In this document: in pieces, positions 37,335 to 51,304 of the stretch
How positions within the stretch are numbered: the first letter of the stretch is position 1
Layout of the letters: each line of letters opens with the position of its first letter
Origin: Squalus acanthias
Lineage: Eukaryota
Assembly: GCA_030390025.1 (NCBI GenBank)
Contig: CM059433.1
Coordinates: 19,284,001-19,348,000, forward strand
Length of the DNA stretch: 64,000 bases
Direction: 5' to 3'
Program-made: the position numbers and the translations under genes
Notes under the pieces: model-generated
Databases searched by the model: none
What the model was told of the DNA's origin: nothing
Seen by the model: the letters and a program-made list of their open reading frames with translations, nothing else

Positions 37335-39565
37335 TTTATTCATTCATGGGATGTGGGTGTCGCTGGCAAGGCCAGCATTTGTTGCCCATCTTAATTGCAC
37401 TTGAGAAGGTGGTGGCGAGCCGACCTCTGGAACCACTGCAGTCCGCGTGGTGAAGGTACTCCCACAGTGCTGTTAGGGAGGGAGTTCCAGGATTTTCACC
37501 CAGCGATGAATAAGGAAAACCAACATATTTCCAAGTCAGGATGGTGTGTAACTGGAAAGGAACTTGGAGGTGGTGGTGTCCCCAACCCATGCACCTGCTG
37601 CCCTTGGCCTTCTAGGTGATAGAAGTCGCGGGTTTGGGAGGTGCTATCGAAGAAGCCTTGGCGAGTTGCTGCAGCGCATCTTGTAGATGGTACACACTGC
37701 AGGCATGTTGCACCAGTGGTGAAGGGAGCGAATGTTTACGGTGGTCGATGGGGTGCCGATCAAGTGGACTACTTTGTCCTGGATGGTGTCGAGCTTCTTC
37801 AGTGTTTTTGGAGCTGCACTCATCCAGGCAAGTGGAGAGTATTCTATCACACTCCTGACTTGTGCCTTGTAGGTGGTGGAAAAGCTTTGGAGAGTCAGAG
37901 ATGAGTCACTCGCCACAGAATACCCAGCCTCTGACCTGCTCTTGTAGCCACAGTATTTATGTGGCTGGTCCAGTTAAGTTGCTGGTCAATGCTGACCCGC
38001 AGGACATTGATGGTGGGGGCTTCAATGATAATAATGCCATTCAATGTCAAGGGGAGGTGGTTAGACTCTCTCTTGTTAGAGATGGTCATTGCCTGGCCCT
38101 TGTGTGGCGCGAGTGTTACTTGCCACTTATCAGCTCAAGCCTGGATGTTGTCCAGGTCTTGCAGCATGTGAACACGGACTGCTTCATTATCTGAGGAATT
38201 GTGAATAGAACTGAATACTGTGCAATCATCGGCAAACATCTCCACTCTGACCTTATGATGGCGGGAAGGTCATTGATAAAGCAGCTGAAGGTGGTTCAGC
38301 AGACAACACTGTCCTGAGGAACTCCTGCAACCATGTCGTGGGGCTGAGATGATTGGCCTCCAACATCCACAACCATCTTCCTTTGTGCGAGGTATGACAC
38401 CAGCCATTGAAGAGTTTTCCCCGATTCCCACTGACTTCAATTTTACTAGGGTTCCTTGGTGCCACACTCCGTCAAATGCTGCCTGGATGTCAGGGGCAGT
38501 CACTCTCACCTCATCTCTGGAATTCAGCTCTTTTGTCCATGTTTGGACCAAGGCTGTAATGAGCTCTGGAGCCAAGTGATCCTGGTGGAACCCAAACTGG
38601 GCAGTGGTTAGCAGGTTATTGGTGAGTAAGTGCCGCTTGATAGCACTGTCGATGACTCCTTCCATCGCTTTGCTGATGATTGAGAGTAGGCGAATGGGGG
38701 TAATTGGCTGGATTGGATTTATCCTGCTTTTTGTGGACAGGCATACCTAAGCAATTTTCTGCAGTGTCAGGTAGATGCCAATGTTGTAGCTATACTGGAA
38801 CAGCTTGGCTAGAGGTGCAGCTAATTCTGGAGCACGTCTTCAGCACGACAGCCAGGATGTTGCCAGGACCCACTCTGCACTTCTGGCTGAAGATGGTTGC
38901 GAACACTTCATCCTTTCTTTTGCATTCACATGCTGGGCTCTGCCATTGTTGAGGATGGGGATGTTCATGGAGCCTCCTCCTCCCATTAGCTGTTTCATTG
39001 TCATCATTAATGACTGGATTTGGCAGGACTGCAGCTTTGATCTGATCCGTTGGTTGAGGGATCACTTGGCTCTGTCTATAGCATGCTGCTTCCACTGTTT
39101 GGCTTGCATTTAGTCCTGTGTTGCAGATTAACCAGGTTGGCACCTCATTTTTAGGTATGCCTGGTTTGATGGGAACGGTAGAGTGAGGGACATGCCGGGC
39201 CAGGAGGTTACAGATTGTGGTGGAATACAATTCTGATGCTTCTGATAACCCACACCGCCTTATGGGTGCCCAGTTTTGAGATGCTAGATCTGTTCTAAAT
39301 CTATCCCATTTAGCACGATGGGAGTAATATGATGGAAGGTGTCCTCAGTGTGAAGAAGGGACTTTGTCTCCACAAGGACTGTGTTGTGGTCACTCCTACT
39401 AATACTGTCATGGACAGATGCATCTGCGACAGGTAGATTGGTGAGGACAAGGTCAAGTAGGTTTCTCCCTCGTGTTGGTTCTCTCACCACAAGCCGCATG
39501 CCCAGTCTGGCAGCTATGCCCTTCAGGACTCGGCCAGCTGTGATGCTACCAAGCCAATCTTGGTA
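37335..39565 (-). mobile_element. Decayed non-LTR retrotransposon (Zenon-like), endonuclease end, RT and 3' end
   Basis: EPTRGRNLLDLVLTN..SDH, AQFGF..DIQAAFDGVWH and YKAQVRSVIEYSPLAW in frameshifted ORFs. The tail ends atgaatgaataaa. Confidence 0.85.
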
Positions 39566-39988
39566 TAGAGTAGAGTACTTTGTTTTAACTGAGTTTTCAC
39601 TGAACTCAAATGCATTTGATACACTTATCATAATCATAACTGCATGATGGTATGAGTGAGTACTGACTGAGAAATATCATTAACCACTGCCAACAGAGCC
39701 AAGGAAGACTCTAACCTGGCACTAAGGCTTTTTTGATTGGTCTATATAACTATGCTAAATGAGGCTGCCAGTGATTCAATGGAAGAGGTGCAGAAACGAA
39801 TCCACAATAGTGAACTATTCAATCTGGCCAGATCATCTTTCAGAGTGATAGAAGTACTAATCAGCAAGTTTCTGCTTGCTAATTATGTACTAGTATCCAA
39901 TTCAGAAGTTACACAGCAGCAGATAACTAAAGGTGTGCAATAATAGCCTGAAGCTTTGAAAACTATCCATCACCAAGGCAGAAAAAAT

Positions 39989-40722
39989 GGGCCAGAATTT
40001 GCTGTCAAAGTAACAGCAAGGCTAATGGCGCTCACCGTTATTTATGGGTAAATGGTACAGCAACTTCAGGTGAGGAGCAGATGCAGTTAAATGTGAATAT
40101 CCAAAAGTTGCTGTCTGAGTTACGCTGCTCCTCAGTTAGCTTTGCAAAAACTACATCTTGCCCTTAACTTCCCCACATTTTTTGGAACTTGCTGTATTTG
40201 CCCATTAAACTCACTACAGAAAGTTAAATCTTGTCATAAGTGCAAGTACCCTGTTAACGACGTGATAAGTGTTAATGATTGCCAATCAACCTCTCTGGCA
40301 CCGAAAATTAACCATTACAAGCAGGGAGTCTCATTCCTTCAGGTTTAGAATTTTTCAGGAAGATTTAAAAAAACGGCAAGTTTTAAATTTTATTTTCTTA
40401 CTTTTCCTTTGTCTCATTTTCCTCCCTCTCATTATTTCGCTTTCTGTACCTGATTTGACATTGAATTCACCCCCCTTTAATTCACTCTCCTTCTCAGTCC
40501 TTCTGTGTTTAAATCTTTAATCCTTAAATCGCATTGGGTAAGAAGATACCCTGTTGGCTGCCCCGTTCACCAAGGTCCCAGATGCGGTTTCCCTCGCTGT
40601 GCCATTATCAGCTCACATTTTCAGCAACTTTGTGGGCAACATTTTTTGAGCTGAAGGTTATAGGGGCAAGTCTAATGGACAGCAGACACCGTTAGATGCC
40701 CTGCTACAGCAAATTTTGGCCC
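39989..40722. mobile_element. PIF/Harbinger-like MITE, family B
   Basis: TIRs GGGCCAGAATTTGCTG / CAGCAAATTTTGGCCC, with near-matching 3-bp flanks aat/aaa. Confidence 0.8.
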
Positions 40723-40749
40723 AAAGTTTCATCCAACATCTTCTAAGTT

Positions 40750-41500
40750 GTCATCAACCATCCATCTTCATAAAAGGAATCCATTCTGAATTCTGTGAAG
40801 CAATTCACACACTCTGTGTGCTGTCCAACACCATGCTCACCGGCTAAGAGGTGTTGTCACAAATTAAAATGGCAGTTTAGTACTTGGGTCAATCTGGAAA
40901 CAGCATGGATTTTGACTCAAGACTAACTCAAAGGGGATATAATGCTGCAGTCATATGCACCATTCTTTACAATTGTGAAACGTGAAGCCATTACTGAAGC
41001 CACTCCATGAATTTGATAAATTCCATCTACAGCATTTTTATACCATCATTAAGATTAAGTGGAAGGACAAATTTTTGAGCACAAAGGTTTTGCTCATACG
41101 CAGGCTTGTGGTATCAAAACTATTAAGCTGGAAGATGATTAAGGCACAGACCAGAGGTGAGAAGAACAAGCCATGCTATCAGATTGTGCAAGGACAGGCT
41201 GGAAAAGTGAGTCCTTTATGGTAAACAGGACCCAGGTGATTAAAAGAAACAACAGTCAGAAACTGAATCAGAACCTATCCTGGTCTAGCAACCTTAATAG
41301 ATGGGAGAAACTGCCAAGTGACAACATGAAGTTGTGCCTGGCTATTCGACGAAGGGTGAGCAAAGCCCCTTTCAAGAATCAGAGAAAATGACAGAATCTA
41401 TACCAACAGCAGCCAGCAATAACCCAACAAGGGCAAGGAGACTTCAGGTGTGAAACATGAAAAAGGTAGTGCCTGCCTTATATTGAGGCGCAAGGAGAAT
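40750..41500 (+). mobile_element. Old RTE(BovB)-like LINE 3' remnant
   Basis: ORF 40982 contains FHLQHFYTIIKIKWKDKFLSTKVL, similar to the RTE motif FHxRCLRxILxIxWQDxxxNxEVL. Confidence 0.55.
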
Positions 41501-41997
41501 TACCATCTGCAATTTATTTTGCCAAATATATTCAGAGGATAATGAAGCAACTCATTTCTTGGCCTCTATCATGGCATTCAGTAACTGTCCATAAAGAGGC
41601 ATGCGAGATTGACTGGAGTTCCTTTCTGATTTTCCTTCCTTTCTATGGTGAAGCACCAAGCAAATAGTAGGCACCTTTCTTGTTGCATTGCTGTGTTTTT
41701 AGGTACTTCTAAGAAATCAGGATATGTCCTTGCACTCTACAACACAGCACATGAGTAAACAAATAAGACATACTACCCTGAATTGCTACAATTAATGTTC
41801 TTAGATAGGAACAGGAATAGGCCATTTGGCCCAAACATGTTCTGCCAGTTTGTTACCCATAACAGCTCTTCAACTTTGGATCCTAATTTTACATCCTTTC
41901 CTGATATTGCTCAATACCCTGAGTTCTCGAGTGATTATCTCCCTTTTAAACACCTCAATTGGTTCTGTGTCCATGGTATTCTTAGCATTGTATTCTA

Positions 41998-43345
41998 AAC
42001 AGAAACATAAGTAGGCCATTCAGCCCCTCACACTTGCTCTGCTACTCAATTAGATCATGACTGACCTACACCTCAACTCCATTTACTCATCTTTGCTCCA
42101 TATCCTTTGATACCCTTACCTAATAAAAATCTATCTTAGTCTTGAAAGCTCCAATTATCTTAGTATCCACAGCCTTTGGAGCAGTGTTCCAGATTTCTAC
42201 TACCCTATGTGTGGAAAAAGTGCTTCCAGATTTAGTTCCTGAATGCCCCAACTCTAATTTTAAGATTATGTTCTCTTGTTTGCAATTCCCCAACCAGAGG
42301 AAGTAGTTTCTCTGTATTGATCCTATCAAATCCTTTTAACATTTTAAACACCTCTGAATCTTCTATACTTAAGGGAATACAAGCCAAGTTTATGCAACCG
42401 GTCCTCATAATTTAACTCTAAGTCCCCGTATAATTCTGGTGAACCGGCACTGCACCCTCGCCAAGGCCTATATATCCTTCCTGAGGTGCGATGCCCAAAA
42501 TTAATGCAGTACTCCAAATGTGGTCTGACCAAGGCTCTACACAGCTGAAGCATAACTTCCGCCCCTTTGTAATCAAGCCCCCCTTTTTGATTGTTTTTTT
42601 GTACCTGTCTGCTAGCTTTTTATGATTTGTGTACTTAGACTCCCAAATCTCTCTGCTCCTCTAATTACTAGTTCCTCACCATTTAGAAAATACTCAGATT
42701 TATCTTTCTTGGGTCCAAAGTGGATGTCCTCACACTTCCCCACATTGAACTCTATCTGCTATAGCTTTGCCCATTCACTTAATCTGTCTATGCCCCATTG
42801 AAACTTCCTGCTCCCATCTGTACTACTTCCTGTCCCTCCTAACTTAGTGTCATCTGCAAACTTGGATACAGAACTCTCTCTCTATTCCTTTATCCAAGTC
42901 ATTAATAAATATGGTGAAAAGTTGAGGCCCCAGAGCAGATCCCTGGGGAATACTTCTTGCCACACCCCCGCCAATCAGAGTAAGTATCCTTTATTCCCAC
43001 ACCTTGTCTCTTGCCACCCAACCAATTTCCAATCCACGTCAAGAGGCCAATTCTGCACGCTCTTATTTTTTGTTCATAATCTCTTGTGTTGAACTTTATC
43101 AAATACCTCTTGGAAGTCCATAAATACAGCATTCAGACACTCCCTTTATTAGTGATCTCCTCAAAAACTTCAACTAGATTAAACATCCTAGCCCTTAACA
43201 AAGCTATGCTGGGTCTCTGATCAACTCATATTTGTTCAAGTGCTTACTCCTCACAGCTGACGTTAAACTGACAGGCAGGCCTGTAGTTACCCAATTACTC
43301 TCTCCCACCCTTCTTAAATAATGGAGTGACATTAGCAAATCTCCA
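41998..43345 (-). mobile_element. CR1 RT and 3' fragment
   Basis: LCRALVRPHLEYC and RVVEIWN motifs in minus-strand ORFs. More decayed CR1 pieces continue to ~44730. Confidence 0.8.
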
Positions 43346-45389
43346 ATTTAACGGCCTTTTGTTTGAATTTTTTTTCTGGTTATAATTTTAAGATTATATC
43401 CTCTTGTTTAGATTCCCCACCAGACAGAAGAGTGAATTTCTATCTAACATCTGAACTCCCTTCATCATTTCAAATTCTTCAGTCAAATCACTCCTTAACC
43501 TCCTTACCTCTGGAATATAACAAAAGTCTACCTAGTGTCTAATAGCCAAATCCCTTTATCACCCTGGTGAGCCATCGCTGGACTTTCTCCATGGGCAGTA
43601 GATCTTTCTTAAATCAGGGTGCCTAAAACTGAACACAATACACCAACTGCAGTTATATTCTATATATCTCCTGAAGCCTTTTTGTTCACTTTTTGCAGTT
43701 AGCTTTTAACAATTTATATGTACCTGAAACCCTAAATCCCTTTGCTCATCTACCCCATCTAGTGTTTCCCATTTAAATTGTAGTCCTTTGCTATTTTTAC
43801 ATCCAAACTATATTGTCTCAATGTAAATTACCGCTATCATTTGGCCCATTCACAATCAATCTGTGGCTTTTTGCAATTTACTGCTCACTTTTTCACCGTT
43901 CACTCTAGCTTAGTATCATCTACAAACATGGATATACTCCGCTCTATTCCCAATTCCAGATCATTTATATTAGAATGAAAAGCTGAGACCGCTGCGCCAA
44001 TTACCATTCCATACTAATCTCTCTCCTTCCCTTTTTTGAAAAATGGTGTAATGTTTGCAACCTTCCAACACTCTGGCAGTGTCCCTAAATGTAGTGAGCT
44101 TTGGAAGATTGTAACTAACGGATTCCCATTTCCCTCATCTATTTTCACTGTTTCATGTGAGGAGAAATTTATGATCATAAAAAGGATTAAAGGTGTCAGA
44201 ATTTGGAATTCTCTGCCACAAACCATTGTTGAAGCAGCCGCCATAGATTCTATAAAAAAAGGGTTAACTAGCTGCTTGAAAAAGAAAAATATTAAAGTGT
44301 ATAGTGACTGAGTAGGAAAATGGGCTAAGACTAGGTGGTACGTGCAGAAATCAGCATGGCGCAGACTTGATGGGCCAGACGGGTTATTTTTGTACTGTAA
44401 CTTTCTATGATTCTGTGATCTACCGCAGAAGATTTTGTAGGTTGGGCAGAGTACATAATTGGCAGATTGTATTGGATGATTCTATGATTCAATCCCATTA
44501 CTTTATCCATTGCAATCTTTCTGTTTTCCCCCTAATCGTTAGTCATCCCTGTACTTATGGTATCATATTCTGCTTTTCCACTATGAAGACCAAATTAATT
44601 TAGTGGTACTGCCATGTCTTTATCCTCTACCACTGTACTTAAAATCTGTTTATTTCGGGCCCCACGTCCTTCTTTACCTTTCTTTCTTCACCTCTCTTTC
44701 TTCATATGCCTAAAAAACCTTTGCTTGTTACTGTATACAAATTGGCTGCTGCGTTTGCCTACACAACAACAGTGACTACACTTCAAAGTACTTCATTGGC
44801 TGCGAAGTACTTCGGGACGCCCTCAGGATGTGAAAGGTTCTATACAAATGCAATTTTTTAATTTCTTTATTTTCTACTTTTGTTGCTTTCTATATTTCTT
44901 CTAGTCTGCATTTCCCCTCACTTTTCTTCACTATTACATCAATCTTTTAAAACAGATCCCAACTACATTCATAGATTATTGTTACATCACACCAGTAATC
45001 ATTTTCTGCCTTTCAGGGGCATATTACAACAAAAAAAAAACTGGTCGTTTGGCCTCATCAGTTCATGTTGGTATTTATCCTCCACATCAGCAGTAGCCCT
45101 AATCCTGTGTGGCTACCCAGTTTCCATAGCCCTTTATTCCCCTTTCCTTCAACCGTCTATGTAAGTTATTCTTAAGTTGACATGGTCTCCACTTCAATCA
45201 CTAATTCAGTAATGCATTCCACAGCCTCCTAACACTGCGCAAATAAATTTCTTCTGCTCTCTGTCCTAAATCTCTTGCATTCAATTTTAGAGCTCCATAC
45301 CCTCGTTCTAACACCACTCAATCACTAGAAAAAGTCTATTTCAATCCACACTGTCCTATATACTTGTTTTGTAATTTGCCATCTTCTTT

Positions 45390-45830
45390 CAAGTTGTGGG
45401 ACCTTGCTGTGCAAACTGATTGCTGCATTCCCCTACATTACCAGTGACTACACTTCAAAAGTACTTCATGGGCTGCTTTGGGGCATCCTGAGGTTCTCGC
45501 CTTCAAGTCAGAAGGTTCCCATTCCAGAGACTTGAGCACGAGACTGGCAATTCATTGTAGTACTGAGGGAGTGCTGCACTGTTGGAGGTGCTGTCTTTTG
45601 GATGTAAAAGATCCCATGGCACTATTTGAAGAGCAGGTAAGTTCTTCTCGTATCCTGGCCACAATTTATCCCTCAACTAACATCACTAAAACAAATTATC
45701 TGGTCAGTCAACTCATTGCTGTTTGTGGGCCCTTACTATGCCCAATTTGGTTGCCACGTTTCCCTACATTACAACAGTGACTACATTACAAAAGCACTTC
45801 ATTACCTATGAAACGCTTTGGGACGTCATG
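45390..45830 (+). mobile_element. Two partial SacSINE1/DeuSINE-type SINEs
   Basis: Blocks gtagtactgagggagtgctgcact, aaagatcccatggcactattt and ccctacattacaacagtgactac. Confidence 0.7.
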
Positions 45831-45831
45831 A

Positions 45832-47765
45832 AATTGCTCACTATTCCAGAATCATTCTGGAATGCAAAGATAAACCCTGGCTCCTATTCTCTACTGCTAA
45901 ACGTCTTCTTAAACCCCTCTCCCCCGTCTCCTCCACCCTCATCTCTGACAACAAGTGTGAGGAGCTCATGGACTTCTCTGTCTCCAAGATTGAGACCATC
46001 TGTTCAGCTGCCTCTGCCACTTCCTTTCCTTCCCCATGCCCACCGGGCCAAACTTCCTCTAAGGATCTCCCCCCACCCACCCCACCGAGCCCTGAACTCA
46101 CATCTTTCTCTAGTTTCTCTCCGATCTGCCCTCATGACCTCTCCGCGCTCATCTTGTCCACGAGACCCACTTCCTGCTCCCACGACCCTATTCCCACCAA
46201 ACTGCTGACCACCCAACTTCCTTTTCTGGCTCCCATGTTAGCTGACATTGTTAACAGTTCTCTCTCCTCAGGTACTGTCCCCCTCTCCCTCAAATTTGCC
46301 GTCTTCACCCCTGTCCTCAAAAAAAAAACAACCCTTGGCCCCTCTGTCCTTGCCAACTACCGCCCCATCTCCAACCTCCCTTTTCTCTCCAAAGTCCTTG
46401 AACACGTTGTCACCTCCCAAATCCGTGCCCATCTTTCTCGCAATTCTATGTTTGAATCCCTCCAATCAGGTTTCCACAGTACCGAAACGACATCCTTTGT
46501 GACTGTGACAAAGGTAAACTATTCCCCCTCGTCCTTCTTGACTTGTCTGCAGCCTTTGACACGGTTGACGACTCCATCCTTCTCCAACACCTCTCCACCG
46601 CCGTCCAGCTGGGTGGGACTGCACTCACCTGGTTCCATTCTTATCTATCTAATCGTAGCCAGAGAATCACCTGCAACAACTTCTATTCACGCTCCCGCAT
46701 CGTTACCTCTGGTGTCCCCCAAGGATCTATCCTTGGCCCCTTCCTATTTCTCATCTACATGCTGCCCCTTGGCGACATCACCCGAAAACACAGCGTTAGT
46801 TTCCACATGTACGCAGACGACACCCACTACCTCACTACCACTTCTCGCGACCCCTCCACGGTCTCTAAATTGTCAGACTGCTTTGTCTGATATCCAGTTC
46901 TGGATAAGAAATTTTCTCCTATTGAATATTGGGAAGACCAAAGCCATTGTTTTCGGTCCCCGCCACAAACTCCGTTCCCTAGCCACTGACTCCATCCCTC
47001 TCATCTGTTTGAGGCTGAACCACACTGTTCGCAACCTTGGTGTCATATTTGACTCTGAAATGAGCTTCCGACCACATATCCGCAGCATAACCAAGACTGC
47101 CTTTTCCACCTCCGTAACATCGCCCATCTTCGCCCTTGCCTCAGCTCATCCGCTGCTGAAACCCTCATCCATGCCATTGTTACCTCTAGACTTGACTATT
47201 CCAACGCACTCCTGGCTGGCCTCCCACATTCTACCCTACGTAAACTTGAGGTGATCCAAAACTCAGCTGCCCGTGTCCTAACTCGCAGCAAGTCCCGTTC
47301 ACCCATCACCCCTGTGCTTGCTGACCTACATTGGCTCCCCGTTAAGCTACGCCTCGATTTCAAAATTCTCATCCTTGTTTTCAAATCCCTCCATGGCCTC
47401 GCCCCTCCCAATCTCTGTAATCTCCTCAGACCCACAACCACCGCCCACCCCGCCCCCGCCGAGATAGTTGCGCTCCTCTGATTCTGCCCTCTTGAGCATC
47501 CCTGATTATAATCACTCAACCATTGGTGGCTGTGCCTTCTGTGCCTAGGCCCTAAGCTCTGGAATTCCCTACCTAAACCTCTCCACCTCTCTTTCCTCCT
47601 TTAAGACGCTCCTTAAAACCTACGTCTTTGACCAAGCTTTTGGTCACCTGCCCTAATTTCTCCTTATGTGGCTTGGTGTCAACATTTGTGTCTTTTAATA
47701 CTCGAAGCGCCTTGGGACATTTTACTATGTTAAAGGCGCTATATAAATACAAGTAGTTGTTGTTG
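45832..47765 (+). mobile_element. L2 LINE, 5'-truncated RT and 3' end, frameshifted
   Basis: ANYRPISNLPFLSKVLE, SAAFDTVD, GVPQGSILGP..YADDT and HWLPV motifs, ending in the tail ggcgctatataaatacaagtagttgttgttg. Confidence 0.92.
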
Positions 47766-49019
47766 TAGATTTACCAAAAAACAATTTCTCCTACAATGTT
47801 GCAATCAATTTCTTTCTCATTGCTTCAAAGTTAACCATGCTCTAATCATGATTTACATAAATCTTTACAAAAGCCTTTCTGAATACTACTGAATGAAAAG
47901 ATATATGCAGTAACTTGCAAAACAAATTTCGTGGCACTGATGCATTGGGGAGCTTAGCGCAGAGTAACAAGGGTAGACAAAGAACTCAAAATATCAAGTT
48001 ATGAGGAAAGAGCGACAGAATTGGACTTGGTCTCATTTGAGAAAAGCAGCATGAGAGGAGACATGACGCAGGTCTGAAAGGTATGAATGTATATTTTGTT
48101 AAGCTCATCATTCACAGCTAAGTGAAATCTTAAGTCTAGAAATAATTATTTGCCTTCCTCCCAGTACTTTGTTCCATTCAAGAGTCATAAATGTTCCTCA
48201 CATTTCTATTTGTCTCTTTTTTTCACATTATACATCTTAGGTCTGCACGCACTTCCTGTCAACTTCTTCCATTATAAATTCCTATGCCCATATTTATAAT
48301 GGAAACTGCCCAGGCAAATTTGTCATGCTGTAATTATACTTTCACCCCATTGGAGACTGAGTTACTGCTGTGTCCCTGATTCAATTATTGCCCTGGCATC
48401 CAAACTCACTTCACCTGAAGTCTACACTTGGTCTTCACACACCATGTGCAATGCCACAGGACATGGACTAATATTTAAAATGATTGGTTATAGGTGCAAG
48501 TACAAACAAATACTCCACAAAAGTATAGGAATATTATTGGAGTATTGAATTAGGTGCCCAGAGGTCTTAACGCGCCCCTCGCCCCATTGTAAGCTGTTGA
48601 TAGAGGAATTTCCATTATAAATGTTGACATAATGAGTTGTGTGCTCGCACAGGAATATGTGCCATACTCAAGACTTTGAACATATTTAGATACATAAAAA
48701 CAGTTCTGAGTGTCCACCATTTCAAAGTGCCAATAGTACAACACAGAGAAAAAGTTATTTCATGCTTTTTCTTTCTGATCTGCATTCAGTACTTTTTAAG
48801 CACCTTCAAACCTCATTAATCAGCAATTAAACTCTGACCTCAGCCTACATTTGTTAAGTTAGACCTTAAGACCTTAAAAGTACAAGGTAGTTTAAACATA
48901 ACTCCACCTTAGTAACAGAATATGTTGGGCACTACCATGGAAAAGTACTGCTGCCATTGTCTCAGTTGTATCTTGCTATGTCTTTGATGTGATACCTTCC
49001 TGGCTGACCTGATTGCCTT

Positions 49020-49263
49020 TTGTCACACCTCGGCAGATAAACAGTCAGGATGATTAAATTTAGTTGTCTACCATTGTAAGGTACACATGCATTGTTCTCT
49101 ATCTATATATGCTTTGTTGATTCTGTATCTCTCTACTTCACCCGACGAAGGAGCAGCGCTCCGAAAGCTCGTGATTTCAAATAAAACTGTTGGACTATAA
49201 CCTGGTGTTGTGCGACTTCTTATTTTTGTCCACCCCAGTCCAACACCGGCATCGCCACATCAT
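49020..49263 (+). mobile_element. Solo Penelope-like pLTR (second family) carrying a hammerhead motif
   Basis: ccgacgaaggagcagcgctccgaaagctc...tgttggactataacctggtgttgtg...ccagtccaacaccggcatc resembles shark PLE terminal repeats as I recall them. The 5' boundary is uncertain. Confidence 0.7.
49138..49174 (+). ncRNA. Minimal hammerhead ribozyme motif (U4C core variant)
   Basis: UCAC CCGACGA A GGAGC-AGC-GCUCC GAAA GC UC GUGA: stem I UCAC/GUGA, 5-bp stem II and palindromic AGCU stem III. Confidence 0.7.
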
Positions 49264-50069
49264 GGCCATTATAAAACAGCACATCATTAAACCTATTGTG
49301 AGCAATGGCATGGGAGGCCTGCTAGTACAATTTAAAAAGATTATGACTTGGCTACAGTCAACTTCCAAACAGTAACCTGATCGCTTAGTACTTCTTCGTT
49401 ATTGAAACCAATGAACCTTTGTTACAACACTATCCTTATGTAAACACTATTTTTGTTTGATTTCCAAATGGCACAGCACAACATATTCTACATTAACCAA
49501 TAGATTTACTGCCTTACTATTATGGACATTTTTTTTTAATTATAAGATTCCCAAAAGGCCAAATGAAAAACATAACTTCTCATAAAGCAGGCTCATTTAC
49601 TCAAATATTTGTGCAGGGGGTCTATTATGAGGGTTGGTCACATAAGAAATGAATCATCAATGATCAAGAACATAAAATACATTAGTTTTTTTCGACACAG
49701 AATACTTGGTTATTCTGATTAAATATTACTTTAATCATTTTTAAATTCAAATATGCTGGAATATCCATTATTGCAGCCCCATGTTAATTATCTGCCAGAA
49801 TTTCCATTGATGAACTGTGCGCAAAAGGTGGTTCATTTTATTTGTATTTCACTTGTTTTTCTTGGTGGGTTCAACTACATGTTATTCATTTTATTATTTG
49901 CTTTTTTCATTCTTGCATGTGGTGTATTGCTGTAGCACAAATGTCAGATCAAATTTTGGGCATTCTCAATTATCTACCAATTTACATTATCGACCGAGGG
50001 GGGGGGGGGGGGGGGGGGGGCGTCTCCTATCCGTAACAGCAGGTAATGGAGGTTCGACTGCAGTTTGTA

Positions 50070-50985
50070 TAATCATAGAAATTATACGACAGAAAGGTGC
50101 CATTTGTCCCATCGTACTTGTACATTAGCTTTTCAACTGGAGCTATCTACTCAATTCCATTTCCCTGCCCTTTCCCTTACTGCTTTATATTCTTCCCTTT
50201 CAAATACTTATCTAATCCCTACAGTAAAGCATTCCATATTCACCCCTGGTGTGAAAAATGTCTTCTAATTTGCTCCCCCTCATTCTTTTGATGAGTCTTT
50301 GGCCCCTTGTTACTAGCTTTATCAAACAGCATATACACTATTAACCCTCTGAAATCTGTTCATAATTTTTTAAATATCTATTAGTTCCCTCGGGTTTGTT
50401 TGTCCCATTGAAGAAAACCCCAGTTTTTCAAGGATTTCTTCATAATGATAATCTCTCATTCCTGATATCATTCTATTAATGTTATCTTCACTGTTCCTTA
50501 TGATGGTTCTAATATCCTTTCTATAATGGGGGTCTCCAGAAGTGCATGCAATACTTCAACCACTGTCTTACAAAACCCAGAATCCAATATACTCTTTAAA
50601 AAGCTTTTCTGGCCTGCATTCCTAAATATTAGGCCTGAATATCTAAAACTGTACCCCCAGATCGCTGTTCCTCCACTCTATTAAGTCCCTGACTATTTCG
50701 AGTTTACTTCCTTCCACAGTTTTGTTTGCCAATATGTACTGCTGCACAGTCTTTTTGCATTGATCAGCATCTGCCATCTATCTGGCCACTCCCTAAACTA
50801 TGTCCTTCTCCATTCTTCCCCAATTTGTCAGGACTTCTACTTCGGTATCAGCAAAAGTCATGATCTTGCATATATCTAAATCATTTATACACAAAGAAAA
50901 CTAGAAGCCCCAGCACACATTCCTAGGCATATCTCTACCCACATCCCACCAATATGAAAAACATCCATTTACCCCAACTTATTCT
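50070..50985 (-). mobile_element. Old decayed CR1
   Basis: Tail atcatagaaattatacgacagaaaggtgccatt, followed by degenerate CR1 ORF2 sequence on the minus strand. Confidence 0.6.
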
Positions 50986-50987
50986 TT

Positions 50988-51304
50988 TCACAGAATCAGA
51001 ATCAGAATCCCCACAGTGCAGATAGAGGCCATTTCGGCCCATCGAGCCTGCACCGACACATATCCCACCCTATCCCCGTAACCCCACGTATTTAATCCCC
51101 CTAACACTAAGGGTCAATTTATCATAGCCAAATCAACCTAACCCGCACATCTTTGGACTGTGGGAGGAAACCGGAGCACCCGGAGGAAACCCACGCAGAC
51201 ACGGGGAGAATGTGCAGACTCCACACAGACAGTCACCCGAGGCCGGATTCGAACCCGGGTCCCTGGCGCTGTGAGGCAACAGTGCTAACCACTATGCCAC
51301 CGTG
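50988..51304 (-). mobile_element. HE1-type V-SINE
   Basis: Minus strand shows A box tggcatagtggttagc, B box gggttcgaatcc, V-domain gtctgcgtgggtttcctccgggtgctccggtttcctcccacagtccaaag and a CR1-like (gattct)n tail. Confidence 0.88.

Noticed and set aside
44660..44730. Apparent minus-strand exon (ttttttag...AAG|gtaaag) as an MCPH1 exon
   Set aside because: The sequence resembles the CR1 ORF2 segment at ~57180-57240, and the phase does not fit the downstream exon.
45818..47254. 478-aa ORF as a host gene
   Set aside because: It is L2 ORF2 that shifts out of frame midway. The RT motifs continue in another frame.
48267..48304. 13-bp hairpin ttccattataaat/atttataatggaa
   Set aside because: Short and AT-rich, probably a decayed MITE remnant. 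No evidence of function.
51230..51304. tRNA gene
   Set aside because: It is the tRNA-derived head of the HE1-type SINE, continuous with the V-domain and tail.
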